Shown here: piece after piece, positions 25,499-35,457 of the stretch
Numbering within the stretch: the stretch's first letter is position 1
Layout of the letters: every line of letters starts with the position of its first letter
Notes under the pieces: model-generated
Databases searched by the model: none
What the model was told of the DNA's origin: nothing
Seen by the model: the letters and a program-made list of their open reading frames with translations, nothing else
Made by a program: the position numbers and the translations under genes
DNA from: Candidatus Bathyarchaeota archaeon
GTDB lineage: Archaea; Thermoproteota; Bathyarchaeia; TCS64
Direction: 5' to 3'
Length of the DNA stretch: 50,242 nucleotides
Assembly (NCBI GenBank): GCA_043826455.1
Contig: JBDRQD010000028.1
Coordinates: forward strand, 1 to 50,242

Positions 25499-28294
25499 AT
25501 GAGTAAGGCCGCCCAAGCACTAAGAGTCCTGCTGCTCCTCCTACTAATCGCCTCGGTCTCCAAAACCGTCACAGGGGCCTCAGCACTCAGCGGCGTGGTG
25601 CTGGACCATAATGGGTATCCCGTGCCCGAAGCTAGGGTCAGAGTGTACTTCAACAGCAGGGAGGTGGCGTCAACAATTACGGGCGTAGACGGCTTCTTCG
25701 CCCTGAGCCCCCCGGGGGAGACCGTGGAGCTAATGGTTGTGGGCGACTTCGTTGACACCGAGGGTATGGACTTCATCCCCTACAGCGCCGAGGTCACGTC
25801 GTCAGCCGACGTTGTGGTCCGGCTTCAGCCCGCCTCAGTGGTGTCCCTCGTCGGCAGCATCCAGTTCGTGGACACGGAGAACCTGGCCCTCCAGCTTGTA
25901 GTCAACGTCGTGGACGAGAATAACGAGACCCTGAGCCCCTCAGGTGTACCCCTGGAGTTCGGCAGGACCTCCGGCAGTGTCATGACCCGGCTCCAGCTGC
26001 CGTTAGGTCAAATTATCGTCCCTGCCGAGACGGCGGTGAGGCTCAAGGTGGACTCCACTTTCCTGCTGGGGACAGATGTCACCCCGCGGGGGTTCACCGC
26101 CGAGCTCGCTCGCACGGCGCCCCAGGGAGGTGTTGTGGCCCTTGATGTTAGACGGTACAGCCTCCTCCTGAACCAGAGGATCACGGAGGAGTCCCAGATC
26201 GCCCTATCCGATGCACTGGAGGAGATGACGAAGTACGGCTTCTACATCACCAGACAGGAGGCGGCTTACGTGTCTGGCTCCAAGCTCCTGGAGGAATCCC
26301 TGAGACTCTACAAGGAGAGCTCCTACCCTGACAGCTTCGACGCGATGAAGAGGAGCTTCCTCGCCTTCACCCACTCCACCGAGGAACTGACATCCATGTT
26401 CAAGGACGCCCGGCTCTCCGTGTACCTTCTCATCGGCTTCCTTGCCCTAGCGTCCATGACCGGTGGCTTCCTGCTGGCCGATGACAGGCTCAGGCAGCTG
26501 AGCGCTGACGCCGCGATATACGTCGTGACTTTGCTGGTCCTCTACTTCACCTACCCGGGCAGTAAAATCATCAGCTTAGAGTACTACGTGGGCGCCGCCG
26601 TCGCCTCCTTCGCGGGGTTCCTTGTGCTGGGGTACGTCACCCCTAGAGTGCTCAGCGTGGGCTCTGTGGACGGCAGAGTTCACACCCGTAACCTCCTCAT
26701 ACCCATCTTCAACATAGCCAAGAGAAGCCTCAGGAGGCGCAGAGTACGATTCATTCTCACCCTCACATCTATCACCCTGCTCGTCATGAGCTTCGTGACC
26801 CTCACCAGCTTCTCCGAGGGCTACGGGCTCATCGAGACCAGAAGCCTGGCGGGGGGACCGTGGACAGGAGTCTTCATACGGGACGGCTCGTGGGCTGAGG
26901 CGGAGCCCACCTTCATCCTACTATCAGCCACTGAGACAGCGTGGCTCACAGACCTCCCAACTGTCCAGGGCCTGTCAGTGAAGGCCGAGAGCCTCCCCCA
27001 GCAGAGGCCCTTCCTGCGGCTGATGGGGACACCCATCGCCGGCGTAATAGGCGCAGGCTCCTCAGAGGACAACACGGTGGCCATCAGGTCGGCGCTGCTT
27101 CAGGGGCGTCTCCCTGACAGCGGTGGTGTCTTAATAAGCAGCTCTTTGGCTGAGAGGCTAGGTGTCGATCTCGGCGACGTCGTCGAGGTGGGCTTCATAG
27201 ACCTGGAGATCCAGGGCACCTTCAGGGACGAGTCCCTGGCAGTCATGAGGGACCTCGACGGCACACCCTACCTGCCCAACAGGTGGGTGAATACCAATCC
27301 GGAGGGGGAGACCCCCGTATGGGTGCTAGAGCCCTGCGAGCCCCAAGAGACCATTATTTTGGCGCCGGAGACCGCTGTGAGGCTCCCCATGGTGGGGGTG
27401 CAGAGAGTCGCCCTTGAGCTGAGCCTAGGCGCGGACCCGGACGCCCTGGCTGAGAGGCTGGCCCTAGAGAGAGGATACACGTCCTACTCCTCCACCCTCT
27501 CCTCCTACGCCGTGTACAGGCTGGGTAACTTCTTTGAAGGTAGAGGTCTCACCCTGGCCATCCCGTGGGGCATAGTGGTGCTGAACGTGGTAGTAACCAT
27601 GCTTAACGCCCTCTATGAGAGGCGCAAGGAGATTGAGATACTGTCCTCGGTGGGCCTGAACCCGGCTCAGGTCTCAGCCATCTTCGTAGCCGAGGCCTCC
27701 ATCACGGGCTTCATGGCGGGGGGCCTAGGCTACCTCATGGGGCTGAGCCTCTACAAGGGAATGGCCGCCCTCAACATCGGTCTTCAGGTCCACCAGAAGG
27801 TCTCAGCTGTGTGGAGCATGGCCAGCATCGGGCTGGCCATATCCGCGGTCCTCACGGGGGCCTTCGCGGCCCTCAGGAGCTCGGTGGTAATCACGCCCAG
27901 CCTCATGCGGAGGTGGCGCATCGACAGAACAAAGGGGGGTTTCCAGGACCCCTGGACCGTCGCCATACCCTTGAAGCTACAGCCCGAGGAGGTGAAGCCC
28001 TACATGGACTACATGTATGAGAAACTGGGGAGGCTTCAGAGTCACCCCACCCAGATAACCTCCTCCATTAAGAGGTTCGAGGACGGCGACGTAAAGAAGA
28101 TCACCTTCATCTACAAGTCGGTCCAGGCCACCACCGGCAACTTCTACACCGTCAACGAGCTGGTGGTCGCTCCTCATCCGAACGGGGAGTACGGCGCCGA
28201 GCTCAAGAGCCTGGGGAACCACGACTGGGTCCACGTGGCAGGCACTCTCATAAGGCGCCTCACCATGGATTTCAGCACCGATAAATTGAGCTAG
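25499..28294 (+). CDS. Large FtsX/MacB-like ABC permease with N-terminal carboxypeptidase-regulatory-like domain
   Basis: GVVLDHNGYPVPEARV; IAKRSLRRRRVRFILT; LYERRKEIEILSSVGL...IFVAE FtsX motif. Confidence 0.85.
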   Translation: MSKAAQALRVLLLLLLIASVSKTVTGASALSGVVLDHNGYPVPEARVRVYFNSREVASTITGVDGFFALSPPGETVELMVVGDFVDTEGMDFIPYSAEVTSSADVVVRLQPASVVSLVGSIQFVDTENLALQLVVNVVDENNETLSPSGVPLEFGRTSGSVMTRLQLPLGQIIVPAETAVRLKVDSTFLLGTDVTPRGFTAELARTAPQGGVVALDVRRYSLLLNQRITEESQIALSDALEEMTKYGFYITRQEAAYVSGSKLLEESLRLYKESSYPDSFDAMKRSFLAFTHSTEELTSMFKDARLSVYLLIGFLALASMTGGFLLADDRLRQLSADAAIYVVTLLVLYFTYPGSKIISLEYYVGAAVASFAGFLVLGYVTPRVLSVGSVDGRVHTRNLLIPIFNIAKRSLRRRRVRFILTLTSITLLVMSFVTLTSFSEGYGLIETRSLAGGPWTGVFIRDGSWAEAEPTFILLSATETAWLTDLPTVQGLSVKAESLPQQRPFLRLMGTPIAGVIGAGSSEDNTVAIRSALLQGRLPDSGGVLISSSLAERLGVDLGDVVEVGFIDLEIQGTFRDESLAVMRDLDGTPYLPNRWVNTNPEGETPVWVLEPCEPQETIILAPETAVRLPMVGVQRVALELSLGADPDALAERLALERGYTSYSSTLSSYAVYRLGNFFEGRGLTLAIPWGIVVLNVVVTMLNALYERRKEIEILSSVGLNPAQVSAIFVAEASITGFMAGGLGYLMGLSLYKGMAALNIGLQVHQKVSAVWSMASIGLAISAVLTGAFAALRSSVVITPSLMRRWRIDRTKGGFQDPWTVAIPLKLQPEEVKPYMDYMYEKLGRLQSHPTQITSSIKRFEDGDVKKITFIYKSVQATTGNFYTVNELVVAPHPNGEYGAELKSLGNHDWVHVAGTLIRRLTMDFSTDKLS

Positions 28295-28983
28295 CCTCTC
28301 TCGATCCTCTCTACCTGGCCGTCCCTCATCCACACGATCCTGTCGCTGGCTTTGATCATCTTCAGGTCGTGGGTGGCAGCCACCAAGGTGAGGCCCCTGG
28401 TCTTGTTGAGGCCGTGAAGCAGGTCGATTATCTCCATACCCGTATTCAGGTCCAGGTTCCCCGTGGGCTCGTCCGCCAGAATTATGGCGGGGTCGTTGGC
28501 CAGGGCACGGGCGATGGCAACCCGCTGCTGCTGGCCCGCGGAAAGCTCAGTGGGGCGGTGATGGATCCTGGTCCTCAGGCCCACTGATTCCAGCAGGTAC
28601 TCAGCCTTCTTGAGGCCCTCATCCCTGGCTACCCCTGCGAACACTGTGGGCAGGGCCACGTTCTCCAGGGCCGTGAGCACCTGTATGAGGTTGAAGCTCT
28701 GGAAGATGTACCCTATCTTCCTGCACCTGAGCCAGGCGAGTTCATAGGCGTCCAGCTGCGAGATGTCCACCCCGTCAATGAAGACGCTTCCCCTGCTTGG
28801 CTTGTCCAGGCCCCCGATGAGGTTGAATAGGGTGGTCTTGCCGCTGCCGCTGGGCCCCACGATGCTCACGTACTCGCCTCGCTTGATCTCCAGGTCCACA
28901 CCATCCAGGGCCTTTACCTCGTCTCCACCCATGGTGTAGTGTCTGTGAAGTTCCTTCAACTCGATGACGTTGTCATAGCTCAT
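28291..28983 (-). CDS. ABC transporter ATP-binding protein (LolD/MacB-like)
   Basis: [28 protein letters not shown]. Confidence 0.95.
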   Translation of the reverse strand: MSYDNVIELKELHRHYTMGGDEVKALDGVDLEIKRGEYVSIVGPSGSGKTTLFNLIGGLDKPSRGSVFIDGVDISQLDAYELAWLRCRKIGYIFQSFNLIQVLTALENVALPTVFAGVARDEGLKKAEYLLESVGLRTRIHHRPTELSAGQQQRVAIARALANDPAIILADEPTGNLDLNTGMEIIDLLHGLNKTRGLTLVAATHDLKMIKASDRIVWMRDGQVERIERG

Positions 28984-29581
28984 ATCTTAAAGCCTCCACC
29001 GGCCTCAGCTTAGAGGCCCTCCAGGCCGGGTACATTGTGGCCACCATGCTGAGGGTCAGCGCCAGCAGCACTGAGCCCCCGAACAGGGTCAGCATCCTAG
29101 TTGCCGGCACCTTGAACACTATGTCGAAGCCTGTGCTGAACCCTGTGGTCATCACGGCCGCCAGCATCCCAAGCGTGAAGCCCAGTAGGCCGCCGGCCAG
29201 GCCCTGGAAGCCGCTCTCCACAAGGAACAACATTATTATGTGCCTGTCCAGTGCCCCTAAGCACTTCATGGTGCCTATCTCCTTGTACCGCTCGTAGACG
29301 GCTATGAGCATGGCGTTGGTGATGCCCACTACGCTAACCACCAGGGCCACCCCCACCAACCAGTACTGATAGGACTCCACGCTCAGCTGGGCTCCCCCCA
29401 CCCCCTCGTAGGTGCCGTAGAAGGTGTCGGAGAGCACCAGGGTGGCGTAAAAGCTGAGGCCCAAAGCAATGGACGCCACGTTTATGGCGGCCCTGCCCCA
29501 CCGTCGTTTGATGTGGTCGTAGCTGAGCCTGGCCGCGTCCCCCAGGCTGAAGTGGACCTGCCCGATGCTTTCCCTGGTCAT
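28973..29581 (-). CDS. Small FtsX-like ABC permease
   Basis: [43 protein letters not shown]. Confidence 0.9.
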   Translation of the reverse strand: MTRESIGQVHFSLGDAARLSYDHIKRRWGRAAINVASIALGLSFYATLVLSDTFYGTYEGVGGAQLSVESYQYWLVGVALVVSVVGITNAMLIAVYERYKEIGTMKCLGALDRHIIMLFLVESGFQGLAGGLLGFTLGMLAAVMTTGFSTGFDIVFKVPATRMLTLFGGSVLLALTLSMVATMYPAWRASKLRPVEALRYEL

Positions 29582-29624
29582 GGCTTCTTCTATACGGAGA
29601 GGCTGTATTCAGATAAAAACTGTT

Positions 29625-29801
29625 TTAATTGAGGTGCTCCTCGTCCCACTCCGCCTCATCCAGGGGCTCGTCCTCCCAGCCTACGCAATCGTAGCAGAGC
29701 TTGGCTTTGACGTCGCCACACTCGTCGCAGAACTTGGCCTCGCACTCGACGCAGCTGTGGACCTCGGCCACATCCATTCCACAAATCTCGCAGACTGGCA
29801 T
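29625..29801 (-). CDS. 58-aa four-CxxC zinc-finger microprotein with acidic tail (not in ORF track)
   Basis: Translated by hand: MPVCEICGMDVAEVHSCVECEAKFCDECGDVKAKLCYDCVGWEDEPLDEAEWDEEHLN; TTTATAAA at 29834-29841 upstream. Confidence 0.85.
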   Translation of the reverse strand: MPVCEICGMDVAEVHSCVECEAKFCDECGDVKAKLCYDCVGWEDEPLDEAEWDEEHLN

Positions 29802-29858
29802 CTTAGACCTGTATCACGGGGGACAACATGGGGTTTATAAACATATTGAGGTGGACGG

Positions 29859-31742
29859 CTAGGAGGGCAGATCAGCTGCAGCGAAGCCAAGGCCCAGCTT
29901 CATCAGGGTTTCGGGGGTGGGCCAGCCCGTCGCCTGGTCCCAGCCTCTCTCAGCGTAGTACTCGTCCAGCATGAGATCGACGTCCACCACGGTTCCGCTG
30001 CTAGCTCCTTCGACTAGGGGCGTCTCCTTGAACCTTCTGGGTAGGTCGTCGTCCCTCCTGGTTACTCCCTCCCTGACGCCGAACATCCTCTCAAGGTTAA
30101 TGATTCTGGCGCCGGCGTCTCTCACCTCCTCCGGGCTGAGCCGCAGGCCTGTGGTTACCTCCATGGCCTCGGCCGCTCTGTCGAAGGGGAGGAGCATCAT
30201 GTTCTGCATTATGTTCTTGCAGGGTTCTAGAGCGTCTATGACGGCGCACCAGTCCTCGAAGTAGGTTATGAGTTTCCCCTTCCCCCTGTCCGCCTTCCTC
30301 ATGGTGGCCTCGGGGACGCCGAACATGCGCTGCCCTAGTTGGGGGTCATCGCTCAGCTCAATGAAGGGTTCGCTTCTCAGGTGGTCTCCGCCCCGGGTGG
30401 CCACCATGTAGCCGAGGCCGAAGCCCTTTAGGCCCCTGGGGTCAGCCATTATGAGGTCCAGGCCTTTCACCTGGGCGGCGCGGTCCAGTCCTCTGCCCAG
30501 CTTCCTGGCGGCCTCGGCTGACCCGTCAGCCAGCACGTCGCCGAAGCCCTCTCTGCGGGCGATGAGCTGTATCAGCTTCAGGGTGGCCTCCCCGTTGCCC
30601 CAGGTTAGCTCCAGGCCTCCCGTATCCTCCTGTGTCAGCTCCCCTGCCTCGTACATCTCCATGGCCCACCCTATGCACCCGGCTGTGGTGAGGATGTCCA
30701 GTCCCAGCCTGTTACACAGATCGTTGGCCTTGAGGGCCAGCTCCAGGTCCCGGTTGCCTATGCGGCTGGTGAAGCTACCCAGGGCCTCGTACTCGGGGCC
30801 CTCCCCGTGGAGGCCCTTGTGGGGGCCGGCCCTGACTGTGTAGACGCGGCTGCATGGTATGGTGCAGGCGAAGCAGCCTCGGGTCTTGACGTTGTACTCC
30901 CGAGCCAGCCTCTCGCCGCTCACCTCATCGGCGTGCTCGTAGACGCCACTTGTGTAGTTCCTGGTGGGTAGGAAGCCGGCCTTGTTGGCCATGGTGAGTA
31001 TCCTTGTGGTGCCCATGAGGCGCCTCCCGAAGTACTGCTCGTGGCTCCTGATCTCTTTCTCCAGCTGGAGGACCAGGTCCCTGAAGGCCTCCGGCTCGGC
31101 CACCTCCACTGCCCCGGTGCCCCTGACGGCGATGGCCTTGACGTTCTTGGAGGCCATGACCGTGCCCATGCCGGTTCTGGAGGCGGCCCTCACCTGGTTG
31201 GCGAAGAGGCCCCCATACTTGACTCCCTTCACGGCGGCTGGGCCACATATCACGGTTTGGGTCCACTGATCATTCAGGGCGCGTTTGATGTGGGTGTCGG
31301 CCTCGAAGATCGTGGCCCACTTTATTTCCTCGGCGTCTTTTAGCTCCACCTCGTCGTCTCTGACGCTGACGTAGACGAGCCTGCTGCACGCGCCCTCCAG
31401 GATAATCTGGTCAAAGCCCGCGAACTTCATCTCAGGGGCGAAGTGGCCGCCAGCGTTGGTGTCCCCCAGGATGCCCGTCTGGGGGCTCCTGGCCGAGACA
31501 TTGAACCTGCTGGCCGTGGGGAACATGGTGCCCACCAGAGGCCCCGTGGCGAACATGAGCTTGTTACTTGGGCCGAGGGGGTCTGCCCCTGCTCTCACCT
31601 CCTCGTAGATGCGTCTGATGTTGAGGCCCCTTCCACCCAGGTATCCTCGAGCTTCCCTGATACTGAGGTGATCAACCCGGTAATCCTCATCGCTCAGATT
31701 GATCCTCAGTACCTTGCCGGCGTAGCCGTACAGCTTACTCAT
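29859..31742 (-). CDS. aor: Aldehyde:ferredoxin oxidoreductase family (tungstopterin)
   Basis: GYAGKVLRINLS, SPQTG, RTGMGTVMASKN, CFACTIPC, GPEYE, RGGDH, YYAERGWD. Confidence 0.93.
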   Translation of the reverse strand: MSKLYGYAGKVLRINLSDEDYRVDHLSIREARGYLGGRGLNIRRIYEEVRAGADPLGPSNKLMFATGPLVGTMFPTASRFNVSARSPQTGILGDTNAGGHFAPEMKFAGFDQIILEGACSRLVYVSVRDDEVELKDAEEIKWATIFEADTHIKRALNDQWTQTVICGPAAVKGVKYGGLFANQVRAASRTGMGTVMASKNVKAIAVRGTGAVEVAEPEAFRDLVLQLEKEIRSHEQYFGRRLMGTTRILTMANKAGFLPTRNYTSGVYEHADEVSGERLAREYNVKTRGCFACTIPCSRVYTVRAGPHKGLHGEGPEYEALGSFTSRIGNRDLELALKANDLCNRLGLDILTTAGCIGWAMEMYEAGELTQEDTGGLELTWGNGEATLKLIQLIARREGFGDVLADGSAEAARKLGRGLDRAAQVKGLDLIMADPRGLKGFGLGYMVATRGGDHLRSEPFIELSDDPQLGQRMFGVPEATMRKADRGKGKLITYFEDWCAVIDALEPCKNIMQNMMLLPFDRAAEAMEVTTGLRLSPEEVRDAGARIINLERMFGVREGVTRRDDDLPRRFKETPLVEGASSGTVVDVDLMLDEYYAERGWDQATGWPTPETLMKLGLGFAAADLPS

Positions 31743-32199
31743 GGAAGCTCCACGCCTCCTTCATCCGTCTGAAAGCTTCCTCCGGGGTCTCCGTGAACTC
31801 GGGGGCCTCGATGTGTTCCAGCGCCGCCGTGGGGCACCTCTCCACGCACTGGGGCCGCCCTTCACACATGTTGCATATCAGCGGCCTGCCCTCATGCATC
31901 TTGACGGCGCCATACCTGCATGTCTGAACGCATAGGCCACACCCCGTGCATAACTGCCAGTCAGCCACCACCACCCCATCTGCCTCTCTGCTGAGGGCCG
32001 CCGTGGGGCATGACTCCATCGGCGGGCAGTCGCTGCACTGGCGGCACATCACCGGGTAGTCCAGGCCGTTCAGGTCGTCCCGGTGGACGGTGACCCTGGC
32101 GAGGCTTGGGCTGAACCTGCCCGAGTGCTGGAAGCTGCACACCATCTCGCACTGGCGGCAGCCGGCGCACTCCTCGGCTCGCACAACTATGCGCTTCAA
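31735..32199 (-). CDS. 4Fe-4S dicluster (HybA/DmsB-like) partner of AOR
   Basis: Four Cys clusters; overlaps AOR start. Confidence 0.9.
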   Translation of the reverse strand: MKRIVVRAEECAGCRQCEMVCSFQHSGRFSPSLARVTVHRDDLNGLDYPVMCRQCSDCPPMESCPTAALSREADGVVVADWQLCTGCGLCVQTCRYGAVKMHEGRPLICNMCEGRPQCVERCPTAALEHIEAPEFTETPEEAFRRMKEAWSFHE

Positions 32200-32273
32200 A
32201 CCGTTTCACGCGGATAAGGGATACAGTGAATAAAAGACTAGCTAACCTTGTCTGCGTCGAGCCGGTCCAAGCC

Positions 32274-33221
32274 TCACACTATTTTCCTGAGGATGTCCTC
32301 GCTGAGGTTGCCCCCGCTGACCACGACGCCGACCTTCTTGCCCTTGAATAGCCCCGGCTTAGCCATTATCGCGGCGGGGCCCACGGCTGCTGCCCCCTCC
32401 ACAAGCATGTGGTGGCTGTGAAGCATGAATCCTATGGCGTCCAGGATGGCGTCCTCCTCCAGTATGATCCAACTGTCTATCAGGTCCCTGCATATCTCGT
32501 ATGTGACGCTGCCCTCCTCCAAGCCCCCATGGAGGCCCTCAGCGTAGCTGTCCATCAGCGGCACATCGTGGATGTGTCCCTTCCTGATGCACTCGTACAT
32601 TACGGGACTGGCCACGGATTGTACCCCTATCACCGTCGCGTCTGTGGCCTGCTTGAAGACTGACACCACGCCGGAAGCTAAGCCGCCGCCCCCAACCGGC
32701 ACCAGGATCACGTCTAGGTCCGGCTGGTCCTCCACCATCTCCAGGGCCACGGTGGCCTGGCCCTTGATGAGGTCCAGGTCGTTGTAGGGGGAGACGAAGG
32801 TGAGGCCCTCATCCCGCTCCAGTCTCCGGGCCAGGCGCTCAGAGTCCATGTACTCGCGGCCCTCCACAATGAGGTTGACACCGTAACCCCTGATGGCGTC
32901 TATCTTCACCTTGGGGGTGAGCTCCGGGACCACCACGGTGGCCTCCACACCCAGCTCCCTGGCCGCGTAGGCAACGCCCTGGGCGTGGTTGCCCGACGAC
33001 GATGTGACTACGCCCCTCCTCCTCTCCTCCTCGCTCAGGGACAGCAGCTTGTTGGTGGCTCCTCTGATCTTGAAGCTGCCCGTCACCTGGTAGTTCTCCA
33101 GCTTGAGCCACACTTCTCCTCCGCATAGTTTGCTGAAGGGCCTGGATAGCTCCATGGGGGTGCGGCGGGCCCAGACCTGGACGCGTTTGCGTGCCGAGTA
33201 GACGTCCTTGAGGCTGATCAT
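32274..33221 (-). CDS. Threonine/serine dehydratase (PLP, no regulatory domain)
   Basis: LKLENYQVTGSFKIRGA, SSGNHAQG, VPVGGGGL, SGGN. Confidence 0.92.
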   Translation of the reverse strand: MISLKDVYSARKRVQVWARRTPMELSRPFSKLCGGEVWLKLENYQVTGSFKIRGATNKLLSLSEEERRRGVVTSSSGNHAQGVAYAARELGVEATVVVPELTPKVKIDAIRGYGVNLIVEGREYMDSERLARRLERDEGLTFVSPYNDLDLIKGQATVALEMVEDQPDLDVILVPVGGGGLASGVVSVFKQATDATVIGVQSVASPVMYECIRKGHIHDVPLMDSYAEGLHGGLEEGSVTYEICRDLIDSWIILEEDAILDAIGFMLHSHHMLVEGAAAVGPAAIMAKPGLFKGKKVGVVVSGGNLSEDILRKIV

Positions 33222-33278
33222 CCCGTAATACTGTGGGGCTTGTATATATGACCGTTAACCCGTGCGCCGCCCACGGTG

Positions 33279-34088
33279 TCAGACAGTCCTGGGGTAGGAG
33301 CCCAGGTGTTTCACGTTGCTGGTTTGCTCTCCCAGCTTCTCTACTACGCGTCTTACGGCAGGTTCCTTGATGTGTTTCTCCAGGTCAACGAAGTATACAT
33401 ACTTCCAGGGCTCACCCAACAAGGGCCTAGAATCGATCCTGAGAAGGTTGACGCCCGTCACAGCTAACGCGTTCAAGGCTCCGACCAGTGCACCATTCCG
33501 GTCCAGGGTGAAAGCCAAGCTCGTCTTGTCTCTCCCCGTGGGGCCGGCCTCGCCTGTCCCGATGGCAAGGAAGCGCGTGTAGTTCTCGCTGTGAGTCTCC
33601 ACGCCCTCCGCCAGCACCTCCATGCCGTAGACCTCAGCAGCCCGCCTGCTGGCCACGGCTGCGGCGTCCATCATGCCTCTCTCCTTGACGAGCTTGACGC
33701 TGCCCGCCGTGTCGTACTCGCCTACAGTCTCGTACCCGTGCCTCTCCAGGAATACCCTGCTCTGGCCGAGGGCCTGCGGATGACTGTACACCCTCTTGAC
33801 ATCCTCCAGCTTCACCCCCGGGTTAGATATCAGACAGTGCCGTACCCTGAGCACTGTCTCATCCAGAACCTTCAAGGGTCTCTCATAAAGGAGGTCCAAG
33901 GTCCTAACTACTGTTCCCTCTATGCTGTTCTCCACCGGGATGAGGCCCAGGTCAGCCTCCCCCGCCTCAACCGCGTCGAAGACGTCATACAGATATGGGC
34001 GGGGGAGAGGCTCAGCCCTGTCACCCCAGTGACTGACGATGGCCTCCTCACTGTAGGCGCCCTTCTCTCCCTGGAACGCCACCCTCAT
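33279..34088 (-). CDS. pheA: Prephenate dehydratase
   Basis: AFQGEKGAYSE, PVENSIEG, SHPQALGQ, NYTRF, ACT domain. Confidence 0.95.
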   Translation of the reverse strand: MRVAFQGEKGAYSEEAIVSHWGDRAEPLPRPYLYDVFDAVEAGEADLGLIPVENSIEGTVVRTLDLLYERPLKVLDETVLRVRHCLISNPGVKLEDVKRVYSHPQALGQSRVFLERHGYETVGEYDTAGSVKLVKERGMMDAAAVASRRAAEVYGMEVLAEGVETHSENYTRFLAIGTGEAGPTGRDKTSLAFTLDRNGALVGALNALAVTGVNLLRIDSRPLLGEPWKYVYFVDLEKHIKEPAVRRVVEKLGEQTSNVKHLGSYPRTV

Positions 34089-34360
34089 GGCGCTTCCTCC
34101 GCAGCCACGCATAGCTCGATGATCTCTCTGAACACGCGTCGGATCGCCTCTGGCTCAAGCCCACGGGCCTCCGCCAGCCTCGCTACTTGGTCCAGTACAA
34201 CGGTCTCCCGGGCTGGGTCCCTCACCGGCTTTCCGTGCTTCCTCTTCGCGTAGCCTATCTGTAGGGCGACGTTGACTCTCTCGAGTATCCTGTCCAGTAT
34301 CTCCTGATTGAGCCTGTTTATCTCGGCCCTTAGGGGCCTGATCTTCTCCTCGTAGCTCAC
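34085..34360 (-). CDS. aroQ: Chorismate mutase, AroQ type
   Basis: LRAEINRLN...ER...IGYAK...PVRDPARE; GTG start overlapping aroC stop. Confidence 0.9.
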   Translation of the reverse strand: MSYEEKIRPLRAEINRLNQEILDRILERVNVALQIGYAKRKHGKPVRDPARETVVLDQVARLAEARGLEPEAIRRVFREIIELCVAAEEAP

Positions 34361-35457
34361 GGCACTTCCTCCAAAACCTGCCCAATGCACCCGCACCTTA
34401 GGGCGTGGTCCAGCAGAACCATGGCCACGACGCTCTCCACCACCGGGACCGCCCTGGGTACTATGCAGGGGTCGTGTCGGCCTGTCACCTCTATGGTGGT
34501 CTCCTCATTGGTGGTCAGGTTCACGGTGCGCTGGGGCCTGGGTATGCTGGGTGTGGGCTTGAATGTGACGAGGCAAGTGATGGGCATGCCGTTGCTGATT
34601 CCTCCGTGGATTCCCCCAGAGTTGTTGGTCGTCGTCCGCACCCACCCATCCTCGATGACGTACTGGTCGTTGCTCTCAGAGCCCTTCATGGATGCGTGGC
34701 CAACGCCTGCCCCGAACTCCACGGCCTTCACGGCGGGGACGCTGAACAGGGCCTTGGACAGGTCGCCCTCCAGGGTGTCGAAGACAGGCTGCCCCAAGCC
34801 TGGCGGTACGTTGAGAGCCATGCACGCGACCTTACCGCCCAGGCTGTCTCCCGCCTTTCTCGCCTCCTCTATCGCAGCCATCATCACGTCTGCGGAGGCC
34901 TGGTGGGGGCACCTCATAGGGTTAGCCTCCCCCTGGTCTCTTATCTCCTGCGAAGTAGGCTCAGGGGCCACGACTTCCCCGATCTGCATGGTGTAGCCGA
35001 GCACTTCAACGCCTAGCCCGGCCAGCACCTGTTTGGCGAGGGCGCCGGCCATCACCAATCCGGCGGTGTTCCTGCCTGAGAACCTTCCACCGCCCCTGTA
35101 GTCCTGGTGGCCGCCATACCTGACCGACACCGTGTAGTCGGCGTGGCCCGGTCTGGGCGTGTCTCTGATCCGGTCATAAGGTGAATGGTCTGCGTCGCGG
35201 TTCCAGACGATCATGAATATGGGGGCCCCGGTCGTGACCCCTTTGAACACGCCGGACAGCACCTCGGCTCTGTCTCGCTCGCTCCTTGACGTGGAGACGC
35301 TGCTCTGCCCGGGCCTCCTCCGATCCATCTCTCTCTGGATGGCTTCTAGGCTGATCCTGTGGCCCGCGGGGCATCCGTCCACCACCACCCCCACGCAGGC
35401 TCCGTGGCTCTCCCCGAAGCTCGTCACCTTGTACGTTGTTCCAAGCGTGTTACTCAT
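34357..35457 (-). CDS. aroC: Chorismate synthase
   Basis: FGESHG, RRRPG, PRPGHAD, GGISNG, GRHDPC. Confidence 0.97.
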   Translation of the reverse strand: MSNTLGTTYKVTSFGESHGACVGVVVDGCPAGHRISLEAIQREMDRRRPGQSSVSTSRSERDRAEVLSGVFKGVTTGAPIFMIVWNRDADHSPYDRIRDTPRPGHADYTVSVRYGGHQDYRGGGRFSGRNTAGLVMAGALAKQVLAGLGVEVLGYTMQIGEVVAPEPTSQEIRDQGEANPMRCPHQASADVMMAAIEEARKAGDSLGGKVACMALNVPPGLGQPVFDTLEGDLSKALFSVPAVKAVEFGAGVGHASMKGSESNDQYVIEDGWVRTTTNNSGGIHGGISNGMPITCLVTFKPTPSIPRPQRTVNLTTNEETTIEVTGRHDPCIVPRAVPVVESVVAMVLLDHALRCGCIGQVLEEVP

